64,000 nt of DNA from an uncultured Alphaproteobacteria bacterium. GTDB lineage: Bacteria; Pseudomonadota; Alphaproteobacteria; Bin95. The stretch is from positions 2,087 through 66,086 of the forward strand of contig CALLKY010000029.1 in NCBI GenBank assembly GCA_938083135.1. Direction: 5' to 3'. Numbering within the stretch: position 1 is the stretch's first letter; every line of letters begins with the position of its first letter. This document shows, piece after piece, positions 29,531-40,103 of this stretch. Below the pieces are notes generated by a model that searched no databases, was not told the origin of the DNA, and was given only the letters and a program-made list of their open reading frames with translations. The position numbers were made by a program, and so were the translations under genes.

Positions 29531-29926
29531 CTATTCTGCATGCCGTTGAGCGCCAGTGATCGCATAGGCTTCGATCTCAATCAGAAGGCCGGGATCGATC
29601 AGGCTGGAAACGCCAATTAGAGCGGCAGCCGGCTTATTCCCGCCCATTGCAGCACTGTGAGCATCTAGGAACGCAGCAGACTGGCTCATATCCGTGATGT
29701 AAGCGGTAATACGAACGATGTCGGCCATTTCGGCGTCACATGCTTTCAACGCTGCTTCGATCTTCTGATAAACGGCTGTTGTTTGGGCCCCTACATCATC
29801 ACCGGTATATCCGCCTGTGCCGTCCAATGATGTGGTGCCGGACACATGCACTGTATCACCCACCCTGACTGCGCGGCTGTAGGCGCCAGTTTCTGTCCCG
29901 TCTGAAACATCAATGCGCGTTTTCAT
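29531..29926 (-). CDS. RidA/YjgF-family protein
   Basis: 131 aa with the conserved ...RITAYITDM... motif and a C-terminal IEIEAYA. Confidence 0.85.
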   Translation of the reverse strand: MKTRIDVSDGTETGAYSRAVRVGDTVHVSGTTSLDGTGGYTGDDVGAQTTAVYQKIEAALKACDAEMADIVRITAYITDMSQSAAFLDAHSAAMGGNKPAAALIGVSSLIDPGLLIEIEAYAITGAQRHAE

Positions 29927-30060
29927 TCAACCGTCCATTGCGAAAAACCTGTTGAGCGTAGACGCGCCCGAATTATACGGCGACCATTGTCTTCATCCGT
30001 TTGGCCTCGTATGCGATGGGGCAGTATAGACAGAACCTTCGCCATCTAGGAATCCGCAGT

Positions 30061-30729
30061 ATGCCCAAAGCCATGTCTCCCGAGGAACGCGCCCTTCGTC
30101 AGCAGGTGATCGACGCCTGCCTTGAAATGAATGCCAGCGGGATCAACCAAGGAACCTCTGGGAATGTCTCTGCGCGCTGGGAGGAGGGGCTACTGGTCAC
30201 TCCATCAGGCGTGCCGTATGTGGAGCTAGAGCCAGAAGACATCGTCTATATGGGCCTGGATGGTTCTTATGAGGCGAAAGACGGTCTCAAGCCTTCTAGT
30301 GAGTGGCGCTTTCATGTGGACATCATGGCAGTGCGCCCAGACGTGACCGGGATTGTCCATACACATTCCATGTATGCGACGACGATTGCTATCAAGGGTC
30401 TAGATATTCCAGCTGTCCATTACATGATTGCTGCGGCAGGCGGCTCCACAATCCGCTGTGCACCCTATGCCACGTTCGGCACAGCGGAACTTTCTGATCA
30501 TGCTGTGAAGGCCCTTGAAGGGCGACATGCCTGCATTCTTCGCCATCATGGTGTCATCGCCTGTGGCCCAAACTTAAAGCGTGCGCTTTGGTTGGCCGGA
30601 GAAGTCGAGACATTGGCGAAACAGTTTCACCTGTCCATGATGCTAGGCGAGCCCTCCATCCTCCCGGACAATGAAATTGAGAAGGTGATGGCAAAATTCG
30701 GGACCTATGGTCCAAAATCGAAAAACTAA
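30061..30729 (+). CDS. Class II aldolase/adducin-family protein (fuculose-phosphate aldolase-like)
   Basis: SGNVSAR, HTHS and RHHG metal-binding motifs. Confidence 0.8.
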   Translation: MPKAMSPEERALRQQVIDACLEMNASGINQGTSGNVSARWEEGLLVTPSGVPYVELEPEDIVYMGLDGSYEAKDGLKPSSEWRFHVDIMAVRPDVTGIVHTHSMYATTIAIKGLDIPAVHYMIAAAGGSTIRCAPYATFGTAELSDHAVKALEGRHACILRHHGVIACGPNLKRALWLAGEVETLAKQFHLSMMLGEPSILPDNEIEKVMAKFGTYGPKSKN

Positions 30730-30742
30730 GGGAGCACGTGCT

Positions 30743-31486
30743 ATGCGGTTAGAAGGCAAAGTAGCCCTGATTTCAGGTGGCGCTTGCGGCATAGGTGCTG
30801 CAATGTCCACCCGGTTCGCCGCAGAAGGGGCCCATGTGTGCATCGGTGATATCGAGGATGCTGCTGGCCTCGCATTGGCCAAAATAATCCAATCCGCTGG
30901 GCAAGACGCGCGCTTCATGCGGCTTGATGTGACGGACAGTGCCGCATGGCAAGCCGCTGTTGATACGCTTGTGGCTGACTTTGATGGCGTTGATATCCTG
31001 GTCAATAATGCCGGAATTTATGACCGGCGCCCGCTTGAGGAGATCAGCGAAGAGGCTTGGGACCGGGTGATGGATGTAAACGCAAAAGGTCCATTTCTGG
31101 GTGCCAAAGCGGTCATACCGGCAATGCGGATGAAAGGTGGCGGGTCAATCGTCAATATTTCCTCGACCGCAGGCATTCGTGGCTCCGTCGCGTCCCACTA
31201 TGGCGCATCCAAAGGCGCTGTTAGGCTGCTGACGAAATCTATCGCTGGGACATATGCGAAGGATGGTATTCGCTGCAATTCAGTGCATCCAGGCCCAGTT
31301 GAAACGGAAATGGGCTATGCGGCTGTACCGGAGGCCGTGCGTGCCGAGCGCTTTGGCCGCATCCCGCTCGGGCGGTTCGCGGATCCTTCCGAAATCGCGA
31401 ATGCCGTCCTGTTCCTCGCGTCCGATGAAGCATCGTTCATGACCGGGTCTGAAATGGTCGTCGATGGCGGGTCAACCGCAGTCTAA
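30743..31486 (+). CDS. SDR-family oxidoreductase
   Basis: GGACGIG, NNAG, YGASKGA. Confidence 0.85.
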   Translation: MRLEGKVALISGGACGIGAAMSTRFAAEGAHVCIGDIEDAAGLALAKIIQSAGQDARFMRLDVTDSAAWQAAVDTLVADFDGVDILVNNAGIYDRRPLEEISEEAWDRVMDVNAKGPFLGAKAVIPAMRMKGGGSIVNISSTAGIRGSVASHYGASKGAVRLLTKSIAGTYAKDGIRCNSVHPGPVETEMGYAAVPEAVRAERFGRIPLGRFADPSEIANAVLFLASDEASFMTGSEMVVDGGSTAV

Positions 31487-32239
31487 CTAGACGTGCTGCC
31501 CGCCGTTCACATGGACTTCGGCACCGTTCACATAGGATGCAGGGCCGGTGCAGAGGAAGTAGATTGTGGCTGCGACTTCTTCTGGTGTGCCGAGACGGCG
31601 CATCGGAATTTCACGCTCGACAATATCTTCGGTCCCGGGCGATAGAATTGAGGTGTCGATTTCACCGGGCGCAATCGCGTTTACGCGCACGCCACGTCCA
31701 CCAAATTCCGCCGCCATTTCACGGGTAAGGGCGGCGAGGGCTGCTTTGGACGTAGAATAGGCGACGCCGGCAAACGGATGGACCCGCGTGCCAGCAATAG
31801 AAGTCACATTCAGGATGGCGCCCTTCGCGGCTGTCAGCTCATCAATCAGCCCGCGCCCAAGCATGGCGACAGAGAAGAAATTCACTGCAAATACGCGCTG
31901 CCAGGCATCCATATCCGTATCGAGCACGCCCATCCGGCCGCCATCTGAAAGCTTTGGCGATATCGCGGCGTTGTTGACCATGGCGTCAAGCCGGCCCTCA
32001 GGAAGCTTCTCCCGTATTGCTTCAATGGCATCGGGTAAGCCGTTAAGATCACTTAAGTCCAGCTGGATATGGTTGTCCTTCCCGCCATCCCACGGGCAAT
32101 GCTCTGAGAATTCATGGCGGGAAACGGTGAGGACACGCCATCCGGCCGCGCCGAAGCGTTTTACCGTCGCATGGCCAATACCCCGGCTGGCACCGGTTAA
32201 AAGCAAAGTCTTCGTGGGTTGGTTATCCTGCGCCATCAC
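31487..32239 (-). CDS. SDR-family oxidoreductase
   Basis: TGASRGIG, NNAA, YSTSKAA. Confidence 0.85.
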   Translation of the reverse strand: MMAQDNQPTKTLLLTGASRGIGHATVKRFGAAGWRVLTVSRHEFSEHCPWDGGKDNHIQLDLSDLNGLPDAIEAIREKLPEGRLDAMVNNAAISPKLSDGGRMGVLDTDMDAWQRVFAVNFFSVAMLGRGLIDELTAAKGAILNVTSIAGTRVHPFAGVAYSTSKAALAALTREMAAEFGGRGVRVNAIAPGEIDTSILSPGTEDIVEREIPMRRLGTPEEVAATIYFLCTGPASYVNGAEVHVNGGQHV

Positions 32240-32281
32240 GCATCGTCTCCAGCGGGCGTATGAATGGCCTAAGGCATACTC

Positions 32282-33541
32282 CTATTCCAGGATTCGCGCC
32301 ACAGAAGCTTTATCGAAGCCTGCGACCTGTTTGTACTGACTGGATACGGCTTCAAGTTCCGCTTGGCTGATCACATCTTCCAATCGCTCAAACCCATCAG
32401 GTGCACGCTCCTCAACCATCTGCATAACCTGCTCAGGCCCTTGGCGACGGTTCGCAGCGACCAGGGCCGCAGTTGCTGGCAGACGCATGGCTTCATAGCG
32501 CTTCAGCGCACCGTGGACATCGCCAGCCCCATCTGCAAGTGATTCAGCCAAAGCCCGGGCATCAAGGATGGCTTGGCTGGCACCGTTTGATCCCACGGGA
32601 TACATGGGATGGGCGGCATCCCCCAGAAGCGTCACAGGGCCGAAACTCCAGGCCGGAACTGGATCACGGTCCACCATCGGGAACTCCAGCGCTTCCGGCG
32701 TTTTGGCCGCAAGGGCAGGGAAGTCCAGCCAATCGAATGACCAATCCTTGAAAGCTGGCATGAAGTCTTCAAACCGCCCGGGCTTGTTCCAGCTTTCCCG
32801 CGATGGCGGCAGATCACCCGGCTTGCCTATCCTGATTTCAGCGATCCAGTTCGTCAGACTCCGGCCCGCCTCAAACGCCTTTTGTGAGATCGGATAGACG
32901 ACCAATTTCTGGTTCTCATGGCCAGCCATGATCATACTGCGACCAGAAAGAAACGGTGCGTCCTCAATGGCCGCGCGCCAAAGCACTGCGCCGGACCAAT
33001 GCGGTGGGCCTTCGTCTGGATAAAAGCCTTTGCGCACAGCTGAATGAATGCCATCCGCACCGATCAGTGCATCCGCGACTACGGGGCCATACAGGTCGCC
33101 GCTCGTACCGGTATCAAACCAAACGCCAACGCGGCCGCTCGGCCAAACGGTATGGCGCACATAGGTGTAGCCTTCTCGCACGCGGGCAGGGCCGAGGCGC
33201 TCTCGCACAGTGTCCAATAACAACATCTGAAGCTCGCCCCGATGCAGGGAGAACTGCGGGACGGGATAACCGGCCTCAAGCCCACGCGGCTCGCGCCAAA
33301 TGCGTTGGCCAAATTTGTTGAAAAACAGTAATTCCTGGGTCTCAATGCCGATCTTTGCCAAATCATCCAACAAGCCCAGGTCTGCCAGGACAGATACCGC
33401 ATGAGGCAGCAAATTGATGCCGACCCCCAACGGCTGTAACTCGGGGGCGGCTTCATACACAGTGACAGAATGGCCTTTTGCATGCAGCGCCAGCGCCGCC
33501 GTTAGTCCGCCAATGCCACCGCCTGCAATCAGAATATCCAT
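32282..33541 (-). CDS. FAD-dependent aromatic-ring monooxygenase (salicylate/3-hydroxybenzoate hydroxylase-like)
   Basis: GGGIGGLTAALAL dinucleotide fold and GDAAHPMYPVGSNGASQAILDA. Confidence 0.85.
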   Translation of the reverse strand: MDILIAGGGIGGLTAALALHAKGHSVTVYEAAPELQPLGVGINLLPHAVSVLADLGLLDDLAKIGIETQELLFFNKFGQRIWREPRGLEAGYPVPQFSLHRGELQMLLLDTVRERLGPARVREGYTYVRHTVWPSGRVGVWFDTGTSGDLYGPVVADALIGADGIHSAVRKGFYPDEGPPHWSGAVLWRAAIEDAPFLSGRSMIMAGHENQKLVVYPISQKAFEAGRSLTNWIAEIRIGKPGDLPPSRESWNKPGRFEDFMPAFKDWSFDWLDFPALAAKTPEALEFPMVDRDPVPAWSFGPVTLLGDAAHPMYPVGSNGASQAILDARALAESLADGAGDVHGALKRYEAMRLPATAALVAANRRQGPEQVMQMVEERAPDGFERLEDVISQAELEAVSSQYKQVAGFDKASVARILE

Positions 33542-33627
33542 AAGGCTTTCATAACCCTTGTTTAGGTGACGCCACCGTCGAATAGGTTTAGCTTAAGCCA
33601 AATTCTGTTGCTAGGAGTGCGAACCTG

Positions 33628-34536
33628 ATGTCCGCCATGAAACCCGCCCTTGCGCTAACGCCCGTTCCAAACCGTCGCCGGGCTGTCGTTGAAGCTGTCC
33701 AGAAGATGGAAGAGAAGGGCTATGCTGGCCTGTATTGCCCATCAACATTGGGCGGCATGTCCCTGGTTGAAGCACTGGCTTGGCAAACGACGTCCATACC
33801 ATTCGGCGTGACGGTGGCACCAATCTATTCCCGCGTGGCGGAGGATTTCGCTGAAACCGCAGCGTCGTTGAACGAAGTGTCCGGCGGGCGTTTTCGGTTG
33901 GGCGTTGGCGTTTCCCACGGCCCGACCCAGGCAAAGTTTCGTGCGGCTGTTGGTAAACCCATTGGCGATATGCGTGAATTCGTTGAGCGCTATAAGGCTG
34001 CGACCGGTGCTGGTGAACCGGCCCCCCTAACGCTCGCTGGCATGCGGCCCCGCATGATTAAAATGGCGGGAGAGGTTGGCGACGGGCTTGTGTTCGCCAA
34101 CGCAGCACTAACGAAAGCTAAAGAATCATTGGCGCTTCTGCCTCAAGACAAACTGGATGATCCAGACTTCTTCATCGGCAATATGATGCCCACATGTATT
34201 TCGGATGATATCGAAGCCGCCAAAACCGTCCATAAACGCACGCTCTCCCGCTATGTCCAACTGCCCTATTATCGCTCCTATTGGCGGGAGGCTGGATATG
34301 CTGAGGAAATGGCGGAAATTGATGCGCTGATTGAACGCGGCGATACCGCCAGTATTTCTGACCGGCTGTCTGATAAATGGCTGGATGACATCACCCTGTT
34401 CGGCTCTGCCTCTAGGGTGCGCGAGCGGGTAGAAATGTGGCGGGAAACGGGTGTAAGGACTCCAATTCTCGTGCCTTCATCTGCCAATGGGAATCAGATG
34501 AAAGCTGTTGAGGAAATCTTTGAGGCTTTCGATTGA
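33628..34536 (+). CDS. LLM-class flavin/F420-dependent oxidoreductase
   Basis: 302 aa with a luciferase-like TIM-barrel pattern. Confidence 0.7.
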   Translation: MSAMKPALALTPVPNRRRAVVEAVQKMEEKGYAGLYCPSTLGGMSLVEALAWQTTSIPFGVTVAPIYSRVAEDFAETAASLNEVSGGRFRLGVGVSHGPTQAKFRAAVGKPIGDMREFVERYKAATGAGEPAPLTLAGMRPRMIKMAGEVGDGLVFANAALTKAKESLALLPQDKLDDPDFFIGNMMPTCISDDIEAAKTVHKRTLSRYVQLPYYRSYWREAGYAEEMAEIDALIERGDTASISDRLSDKWLDDITLFGSASRVRERVEMWRETGVRTPILVPSSANGNQMKAVEEIFEAFD

Positions 34537-34544
34537 GGCGAAAA

Positions 34545-35561
34545 ATGAAATCCATTCCTGCCGCGATCGTCCTCGCGGTGTCGGTTTTTCTGGCGGCACC
34601 GGCGCTCAGCCAGAAAACGCCAGACCAGCGCGGGACGTGGAGCTTCACACTTGAGAATGACATCATCGCTGGTACAGACCGCGACTATACCAACGGCGCG
34701 CTGATTTCATACGTCAGCCCTACGAATGATCTACCGTTCTTCGCGGACTGGGCACCAGCCCAACTGACATGGCTAACCAGCGCCAAGAAATGGCATATGA
34801 CCTATGGCATTGGTCAAAATATGTACACGCCGGAAGATATCACGCTCGACCCGCCGGACCCTGCGGACCGGCCTTACGCTGGCTTTCTTTACGGCACAAT
34901 CGGCTTGATTGCGGACGAACGCCATTCTGATGGCGAGCCCCGACAGCTTGATGTCGTTGCATTAGACATTGGCATAGTGGGCCGCCATTCGCTGGCTAAG
35001 GAAACCCAGAAACTCGTCCATCGCGTGATTGGCGATACCGACCCTAGAGGCTGGGACTCGCAGCTTGGCACAGAGATTGGCGTGCGCTTGCTCTATGAGA
35101 GAAGCTGGCGGGCGAGCCAGAAGTGGGATTTGCCTGTTATTCCGCTGGAAGGCGATATAACGCCCTATGTTGGCGCAGCGCTTGGTAATATTGAAACCTA
35201 CGGAACTGCTGGCATTTCATTCCGCTTGGGTGAAGATTTAGGCGATGATTACGGACCGCCAAGGGTGCGTCCAGCGCTGTCTGGGCCAGGATTCTTCAAG
35301 AATGTTGATGGCTTTTCCTGGTACGTATTCGCTGGTGCGGCGGGTAGAGCGGTTGCGCGTGATTTGTTTGTGGAAGGCAGCACGTTCGAAGTCAGTCCGG
35401 GACTAGATTTGATGCCATTCCAGCTTGATCTTCAAGCCGGACTCGCAGTCCAAATCGGGCGCGTTGAACTGGCGTTCACGCATGTCGTGCGGTCACCGCA
35501 ACACACCAAGCAAGATCGCTGGAGCCGTTTCGGCTCCATCAACCTGCGGACACGCTTCTAG
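34545..35561 (+). CDS. lpxR: LpxR-family lipid A 3-O-deacylase (outer membrane)
   Basis: Signal peptide. WSFTLENDIIAGTDRDYTNG and the YTPEDIT region are typical of LpxR. Confidence 0.7.
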   Translation: MKSIPAAIVLAVSVFLAAPALSQKTPDQRGTWSFTLENDIIAGTDRDYTNGALISYVSPTNDLPFFADWAPAQLTWLTSAKKWHMTYGIGQNMYTPEDITLDPPDPADRPYAGFLYGTIGLIADERHSDGEPRQLDVVALDIGIVGRHSLAKETQKLVHRVIGDTDPRGWDSQLGTEIGVRLLYERSWRASQKWDLPVIPLEGDITPYVGAALGNIETYGTAGISFRLGEDLGDDYGPPRVRPALSGPGFFKNVDGFSWYVFAGAAGRAVARDLFVEGSTFEVSPGLDLMPFQLDLQAGLAVQIGRVELAFTHVVRSPQHTKQDRWSRFGSINLRTRF

Positions 35562-37591
35562 GGCGTGTGAACGGCTTCGATCTCTAGTAATTCCAGAACA
35601 GCTGGCGGACCCTGTGTCTGCGTTGCCATCATAATGTCTATGATGGGGATTGGATCAGTCTTAGCCGTTGTCACTTTAAGCGACCCGCCTTCGCGCAGAA
35701 ACGCCGCAAGGGCTTTTCCAATTGATGCAGCCCGTACTGAGCCAAGCTGTGCTGCCAATTGCTCGGCCTGCGCGGCAAGGCCCTCTGCAATCTGATCCGG
35801 CGTTCCACCGCGTTGCTCGCTAAAGGCCTTAAGTGCGACCGCGCGCAGCCCTTCATCCTTCGCTTCAATCGTGAGGCCGCCAATGCCAGATTGCATCAAT
35901 GGCCCGGCCCATTCCTGCTCTGGTAATTTGCGAAGGTCTTCAACGTCTATCCCGCTGATTTTCCCAGAAATATTGACTGCCGCAAGCTCCTTCAGCGCGA
36001 CAGAGAGATCATCAATATTGACCGTCCTCGCTTTTGGGCTGGCCGTCACATCAATCCCATAGCCAAGCGATAATTGCTTAATCCCTTGCGCCTGTAGCAT
36101 TGCGAGCACGGCACCTGCACGCGGATCACTCTGCGCCAATTTATCCATTGGTAGGTCAATTCCAGAAACGATCGTCGCGAACTGCACTTGGCCGCTTGCG
36201 TCCGCGCGCATTGGGACCATTAAAACATCACCAATCACAATGCCGGTGTCATTCGGCAAGGTTATGTTTTGATTTTTTAAACTCCAACGTCCAAATGTGA
36301 TCGCTGGAATGGCCGCTGCAATCGTACTGTCGCGATAGTAATTTTGAGCATGAACCAAGCTATCCGGCGTCACCACGTCACCTAACACGGTGCGCAGATA
36401 TGCAGGCAGCGCGCTCAAGTCAGCCCCTTCATACGAGAGGGAATCGATAGACGTCGTGGCACCAACTGGCGTGGTCTGCTTAACGCTGGATATTTTCATA
36501 AAGCCAACTTTGAGGCCCCTATAATCCTGTGCCGAAATTCGCTCAATCGTCTGCGTTTGAAGCTTTGGAACATCAATGACGAGGTTGGTCATCTCGAATA
36601 CGTCCATGCCCGTATTCTTCGCGACGACATCCTCCATCATCGCAATGAAAAATTCAAAGACTTGGGCAATTTCCTCAGGCTTCGGCTCGCCAGTGGGGCG
36701 CTTCAATAGTTCAAAAAATTTCGGGTAGATGTTGAAGACTTCTGGATTCAAGTCAGCGTTTTCAACGAAATACGTATCGTAGCTGAAATTGCCTGCAACA
36801 GGTTTGGCGGCGCCGCCAGCGCGGTTAGGTGCGAGAATATTGAAGCGGGCCTTCGAGGAATTTGTCTCGGCACGCTGCACAGAAACAAGATCACCAATTT
36901 TCAGGTCTGTAAGGGCCAAGCTTCCCCAATCCATGCTGAAGTCGCCACTCACCTCATCTTTAGCAAAGGTGCCGCCAAGCGATAGATTGCTGATGTTAAG
37001 CGCGCTGAGGCCACCTGACCGGGCATCGCGTACGGCAAGCGCGCCTAAGCCAGCTTTGATCGAGTCTGTACCCTCTTGCCAATAAAAGCGAACGTCCGCT
37101 TGTTTGATGTCAGAAAACTCTGCACCGATCGTTCCAAGAAGGTCATTGAGATCAAGCTTGTCTGCTTTGACGCCGGAAAGCGTGCCAGCTTTTCCTGTCA
37201 ATTTACCGCCGCTGGCCTCGTCGACCATTGTGAACCCTGACCATGAAATCCGCTCGGCCAGTTGTTCTATCTTGCCATCTGCGCCCGCGGACGCTGTGCT
37301 TGCAGCGTCGAGATCATAGCCTTCGATGACCAAATCATTGAAAGTCACGAGCATGCGTAGCGTCTCACCGCCAACATCAACCGTCACGACATCCGTAACT
37401 GCACCAACTTCAGCCTGGTCCTTCCAATAATCCAGCTTGGCGTTCTGATAGCCCGTTCGCTCATCCGTCTTGCCCGCGAAATAGCCATCAAGCGCGCCTT
37501 TGAATTCACCATCTGCATAGACAGGGATACCGAACCATGCGCCGACAGCTGCTATGAGCGCGGCAACTCCGGCAATAATAAATTTCTTCAT
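35558..37591 (-). CDS. Large hypothetical exported or membrane-anchored protein (677 aa)
   Basis: N-terminal signal/anchor (MKKFIIAGVAALIAAVGAWFG). No family recognised. Ala/Gly-rich with repeated ...GGL... segments. Confidence 0.55.
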   Translation of the reverse strand: MKKFIIAGVAALIAAVGAWFGIPVYADGEFKGALDGYFAGKTDERTGYQNAKLDYWKDQAEVGAVTDVVTVDVGGETLRMLVTFNDLVIEGYDLDAASTASAGADGKIEQLAERISWSGFTMVDEASGGKLTGKAGTLSGVKADKLDLNDLLGTIGAEFSDIKQADVRFYWQEGTDSIKAGLGALAVRDARSGGLSALNISNLSLGGTFAKDEVSGDFSMDWGSLALTDLKIGDLVSVQRAETNSSKARFNILAPNRAGGAAKPVAGNFSYDTYFVENADLNPEVFNIYPKFFELLKRPTGEPKPEEIAQVFEFFIAMMEDVVAKNTGMDVFEMTNLVIDVPKLQTQTIERISAQDYRGLKVGFMKISSVKQTTPVGATTSIDSLSYEGADLSALPAYLRTVLGDVVTPDSLVHAQNYYRDSTIAAAIPAITFGRWSLKNQNITLPNDTGIVIGDVLMVPMRADASGQVQFATIVSGIDLPMDKLAQSDPRAGAVLAMLQAQGIKQLSLGYGIDVTASPKARTVNIDDLSVALKELAAVNISGKISGIDVEDLRKLPEQEWAGPLMQSGIGGLTIEAKDEGLRAVALKAFSEQRGGTPDQIAEGLAAQAEQLAAQLGSVRAASIGKALAAFLREGGSLKVTTAKTDPIPIIDIMMATQTQGPPAVLELLEIEAVHTP

Positions 37592-37691
37592 GGTACAAGC
37601 TCCTGCGGACGGATATTGAGATTTAGCGTACTTGAACTAACGCAACCGTTAAAGCGGGCGCGGCCAAATCTTGGCCCATGCAATGCCCAAG

Positions 37692-37717
37692 GGCGCGCGT
37701 CAGTTCGGCGCGCTTTC
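37692..37717 (+). other. GC hairpin followed by TTT, upstream of the small twin-TM gene
   Basis: GCGCGCG-tcagttc-GGCGCGC-TTTCG lies in the 180-nt leader/intergenic region. There is no plus-strand gene upstream. Confidence 0.2.
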
Positions 37718-37771
37718 GAATGGCCCGAGCGCCCTATACCTTATGCAAGTGATTACGGTTTCAGGAAGGCG

Positions 37772-37972
37772 ATGGTGATGAGCGGATTGTTATGGCTTCT
37801 AATCCCGCTGGCGATTGCAGCAACGGCTATCGTGCTGATCATCGGCATTGGCGGCTTCGCAGGCGGTGGCGAATTCAACAAGAAATACGGCAATAAGCTG
37901 ATGCAAATGCGGGTGCTGTTGCAGTTTATTGCGATTCTCTTGATCTGCGGCGTGCTCTATCTGGCGAAATAA
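37772..37972 (+). CDS. Twin transmembrane helix small protein (HIG1-like, about 66 aa)
   Basis: MVMSGLLWLLIPLAIAATAIVLIIGIGGFAGGGEFNKKYGNKLMQMRVLLQFIAILLICGVLYLAK matches this small alphaproteobacterial family. GGAAGG RBS. Confidence 0.55.
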   Translation: MVMSGLLWLLIPLAIAATAIVLIIGIGGFAGGGEFNKKYGNKLMQMRVLLQFIAILLICGVLYLAK

Positions 37973-37988
37973 CCGCCCATGCGTCGCT

Positions 37989-38612
37989 TCAACGGCTCGC
38001 GGCTGCTGTAGCGGCCCCCATGGTGATCAACGCGCCTCCGCCAATCCTTGTCAGCCATTGAATGACCGACGGGCGCTGCAGCTTCTGGCGCAGCTTGTCC
38101 GCGAGGAGCGCGTAGGTCAGCGCATTCATCGCTGCGAGCCCCACAAATGTCGTGATCATAAGTGCAAATTGTGGGGCAAGCGGCGCGCTTGTATCCACAA
38201 ACTGTGGGGCGAAGGCTATAAAGAATGCGATGGACTTGGGGTTTAGCGCCGTCACAGCAGCCGCATGAACAAAAACACTATTGGCGCGAACGGCAGGTGC
38301 CTCTGTAGAGGCTTCAAATCGCGCACCTCCAGCACTCCGCAGAAGCTGAACGCCAAGATAGACCATATAAGCTGCACCCACCCATTTCAGAACGGTGAAT
38401 AGCTCCGCTGACGCCAAGACAAGAGCGCCCAGCCCAGCCAAGGATGCCGTCATGGCCACGGCATCCCCCAATGCAACACCGGCGACAGTCGCCAATGCCA
38501 CACGCCGACCTTGTGTCAGTGCATAGCTCAGTACCAGCAGGACGGTTGGGCCTGGCAGCAGCAGCAGAAGTGTTGACGCCGCCACGAAAGCTAGCCAGGT
38601 CGTGATATCCAT
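37989..38612 (-). CDS. LysE/RhtB-family amino-acid exporter
   Basis: Six TM helices. LPGPTVL... and NPKSIAFF motifs. Confidence 0.85.
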   Translation of the reverse strand: MDITTWLAFVAASTLLLLLPGPTVLLVLSYALTQGRRVALATVAGVALGDAVAMTASLAGLGALVLASAELFTVLKWVGAAYMVYLGVQLLRSAGGARFEASTEAPAVRANSVFVHAAAVTALNPKSIAFFIAFAPQFVDTSAPLAPQFALMITTFVGLAAMNALTYALLADKLRQKLQRPSVIQWLTRIGGGALITMGAATAAASR

Positions 38613-38626
38613 AAGCCGCAGTCCGC

Positions 38627-39637
38627 TTACATGTAGTCTTCAGCCAAAGCCTGGGCGATCTGCACGGAATTCCAGGCCGCACCCTTGCGTAGATTGTCAG
38701 AGACAATCCACATATTCAGCCCGTAAGGTACGGTCGTGTCCTCACGAAGGCGGGAGACGAAGACGGCAGTATCACCGGCAGCATCTTTCGGCGTGATGTA
38801 TCCAGCAGCCTCACGGCGATCCATAACGACAACGCCATCAGCGTCCTGGAGCAGGTCAACAGCTTCCTCAAGTTCCAGCGGCGATTCGAATTCCACGTTC
38901 ACAGACTCGCTATGGCCAACGAATACCGGCACCCGAACACACGTGGCGGAGACTTCAATCTCTGGGTCTAGAATTTTCTGGGTTTCGACCACCATTTTCC
39001 ACTCTTCGTGGGTGGAGCCGTCTTCCATAAAGTCGCCAATATGGGGGATGGCGTTGAAAGCAATCGGGACCGGGAATGTTTTCGGGTGGGCTTCCTCCAT
39101 CTGGTAGATGCCCTTCGTCTGTCTGTAGAGCTCATCCATCCCAGCTTGCCCAGCACCACTAACGGCCTGATACGTCGAGACCACGATACGCTTGATGCGC
39201 GCGGCGTCGTGCAATGGCTTAAGTGCGACGACCATCTGGATCGTTGAGCAGTTCGGGTTCGCGATAATGTTCCGCTCCCGGAAGCCTTCAAGCGCATGAC
39301 GGTTCACTTCCGGCACGATCAGGGGCACATCAGGGTCCATGCGGAAATGGCTGGTGTTATCGATAACGACACAGCCTGAATTCGCAGCACGCGGCGCATG
39401 CTCAGCCGATACTTTGCCGCCCGGTGAGAAGAGGGCGATGTCAAAGCCTTCGAAATCAAATTTCGCCAGCTCTTTTACCTTGAGCGTTTCATCGCCGAAC
39501 GACACCTCTTTACCGATAGAAGCGGAGGAGGCGAGGGCGACGACTTCATCAACCGGAAAGTCGACCTCATCTAATGCTTCAAGAATGGCGTGGCCGACAG
39601 CGCCGGTCGCACCTGCAACAGCAACCTTGTAGCCCAT
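38627..39637 (-). CDS. asd: Aspartate-semialdehyde dehydrogenase
   Basis: VAVAGATGAVG, NPNCSTIQ (active-site Cys), SGAGQAG. Confidence 0.95.
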   Translation of the reverse strand: MGYKVAVAGATGAVGHAILEALDEVDFPVDEVVALASSASIGKEVSFGDETLKVKELAKFDFEGFDIALFSPGGKVSAEHAPRAANSGCVVIDNTSHFRMDPDVPLIVPEVNRHALEGFRERNIIANPNCSTIQMVVALKPLHDAARIKRIVVSTYQAVSGAGQAGMDELYRQTKGIYQMEEAHPKTFPVPIAFNAIPHIGDFMEDGSTHEEWKMVVETQKILDPEIEVSATCVRVPVFVGHSESVNVEFESPLELEEAVDLLQDADGVVVMDRREAAGYITPKDAAGDTAVFVSRLREDTTVPYGLNMWIVSDNLRKGAAWNSVQIAQALAEDYM

Positions 39638-39723
39638 GGCGAAGGGTCCTAATCAAATACTCAAGAATGGAAGGAACGCGTGAGATAAGGCGATCCAGCG
39701 CGTTTAGCAAGTGAGGCCGGAAC

Positions 39724-40083
39724 ATGACTGAGCAGAATATGGACGGAAAATACAAAACATACACTGAATTCTGGCCCTATTATCTGTCAGAACATCGAAA
39801 GCCTGAGACCAGGGGCCTGCACTATTTCGGTACGGGCCTTGGCATCGCTTTGATGATCGCAGCCGCCATTCTACTGGATTGGACTCTCATCCCAGCAGCC
39901 CTGATTAGCGGTTATCTATTCGCCTGGATTGGACATTTCTTTGTCGAGCGTAACCGACCAGCCACTTTCACCTACCCGCTCTGGTCAATCGTGAGTGATT
40001 TCCGCATGCTGGGACTTTGGTTAGTAGGTAAGCTTGATGCCGAATACGCCAAAGCTGACATTGACGCGTCTTATGGATCCTGA
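39724..40083 (+). CDS. DUF962 (Mpo1-like) membrane protein
   Basis: FWPYYLSEHRKPETRGLHYFGT...GHFFVERNRPATFTYP. Confidence 0.6.
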   Translation: MTEQNMDGKYKTYTEFWPYYLSEHRKPETRGLHYFGTGLGIALMIAAAILLDWTLIPAALISGYLFAWIGHFFVERNRPATFTYPLWSIVSDFRMLGLWLVGKLDAEYAKADIDASYGS

Positions 40084-40103
40084 CCCTAGAAGGTTCAACC
40101 ACG

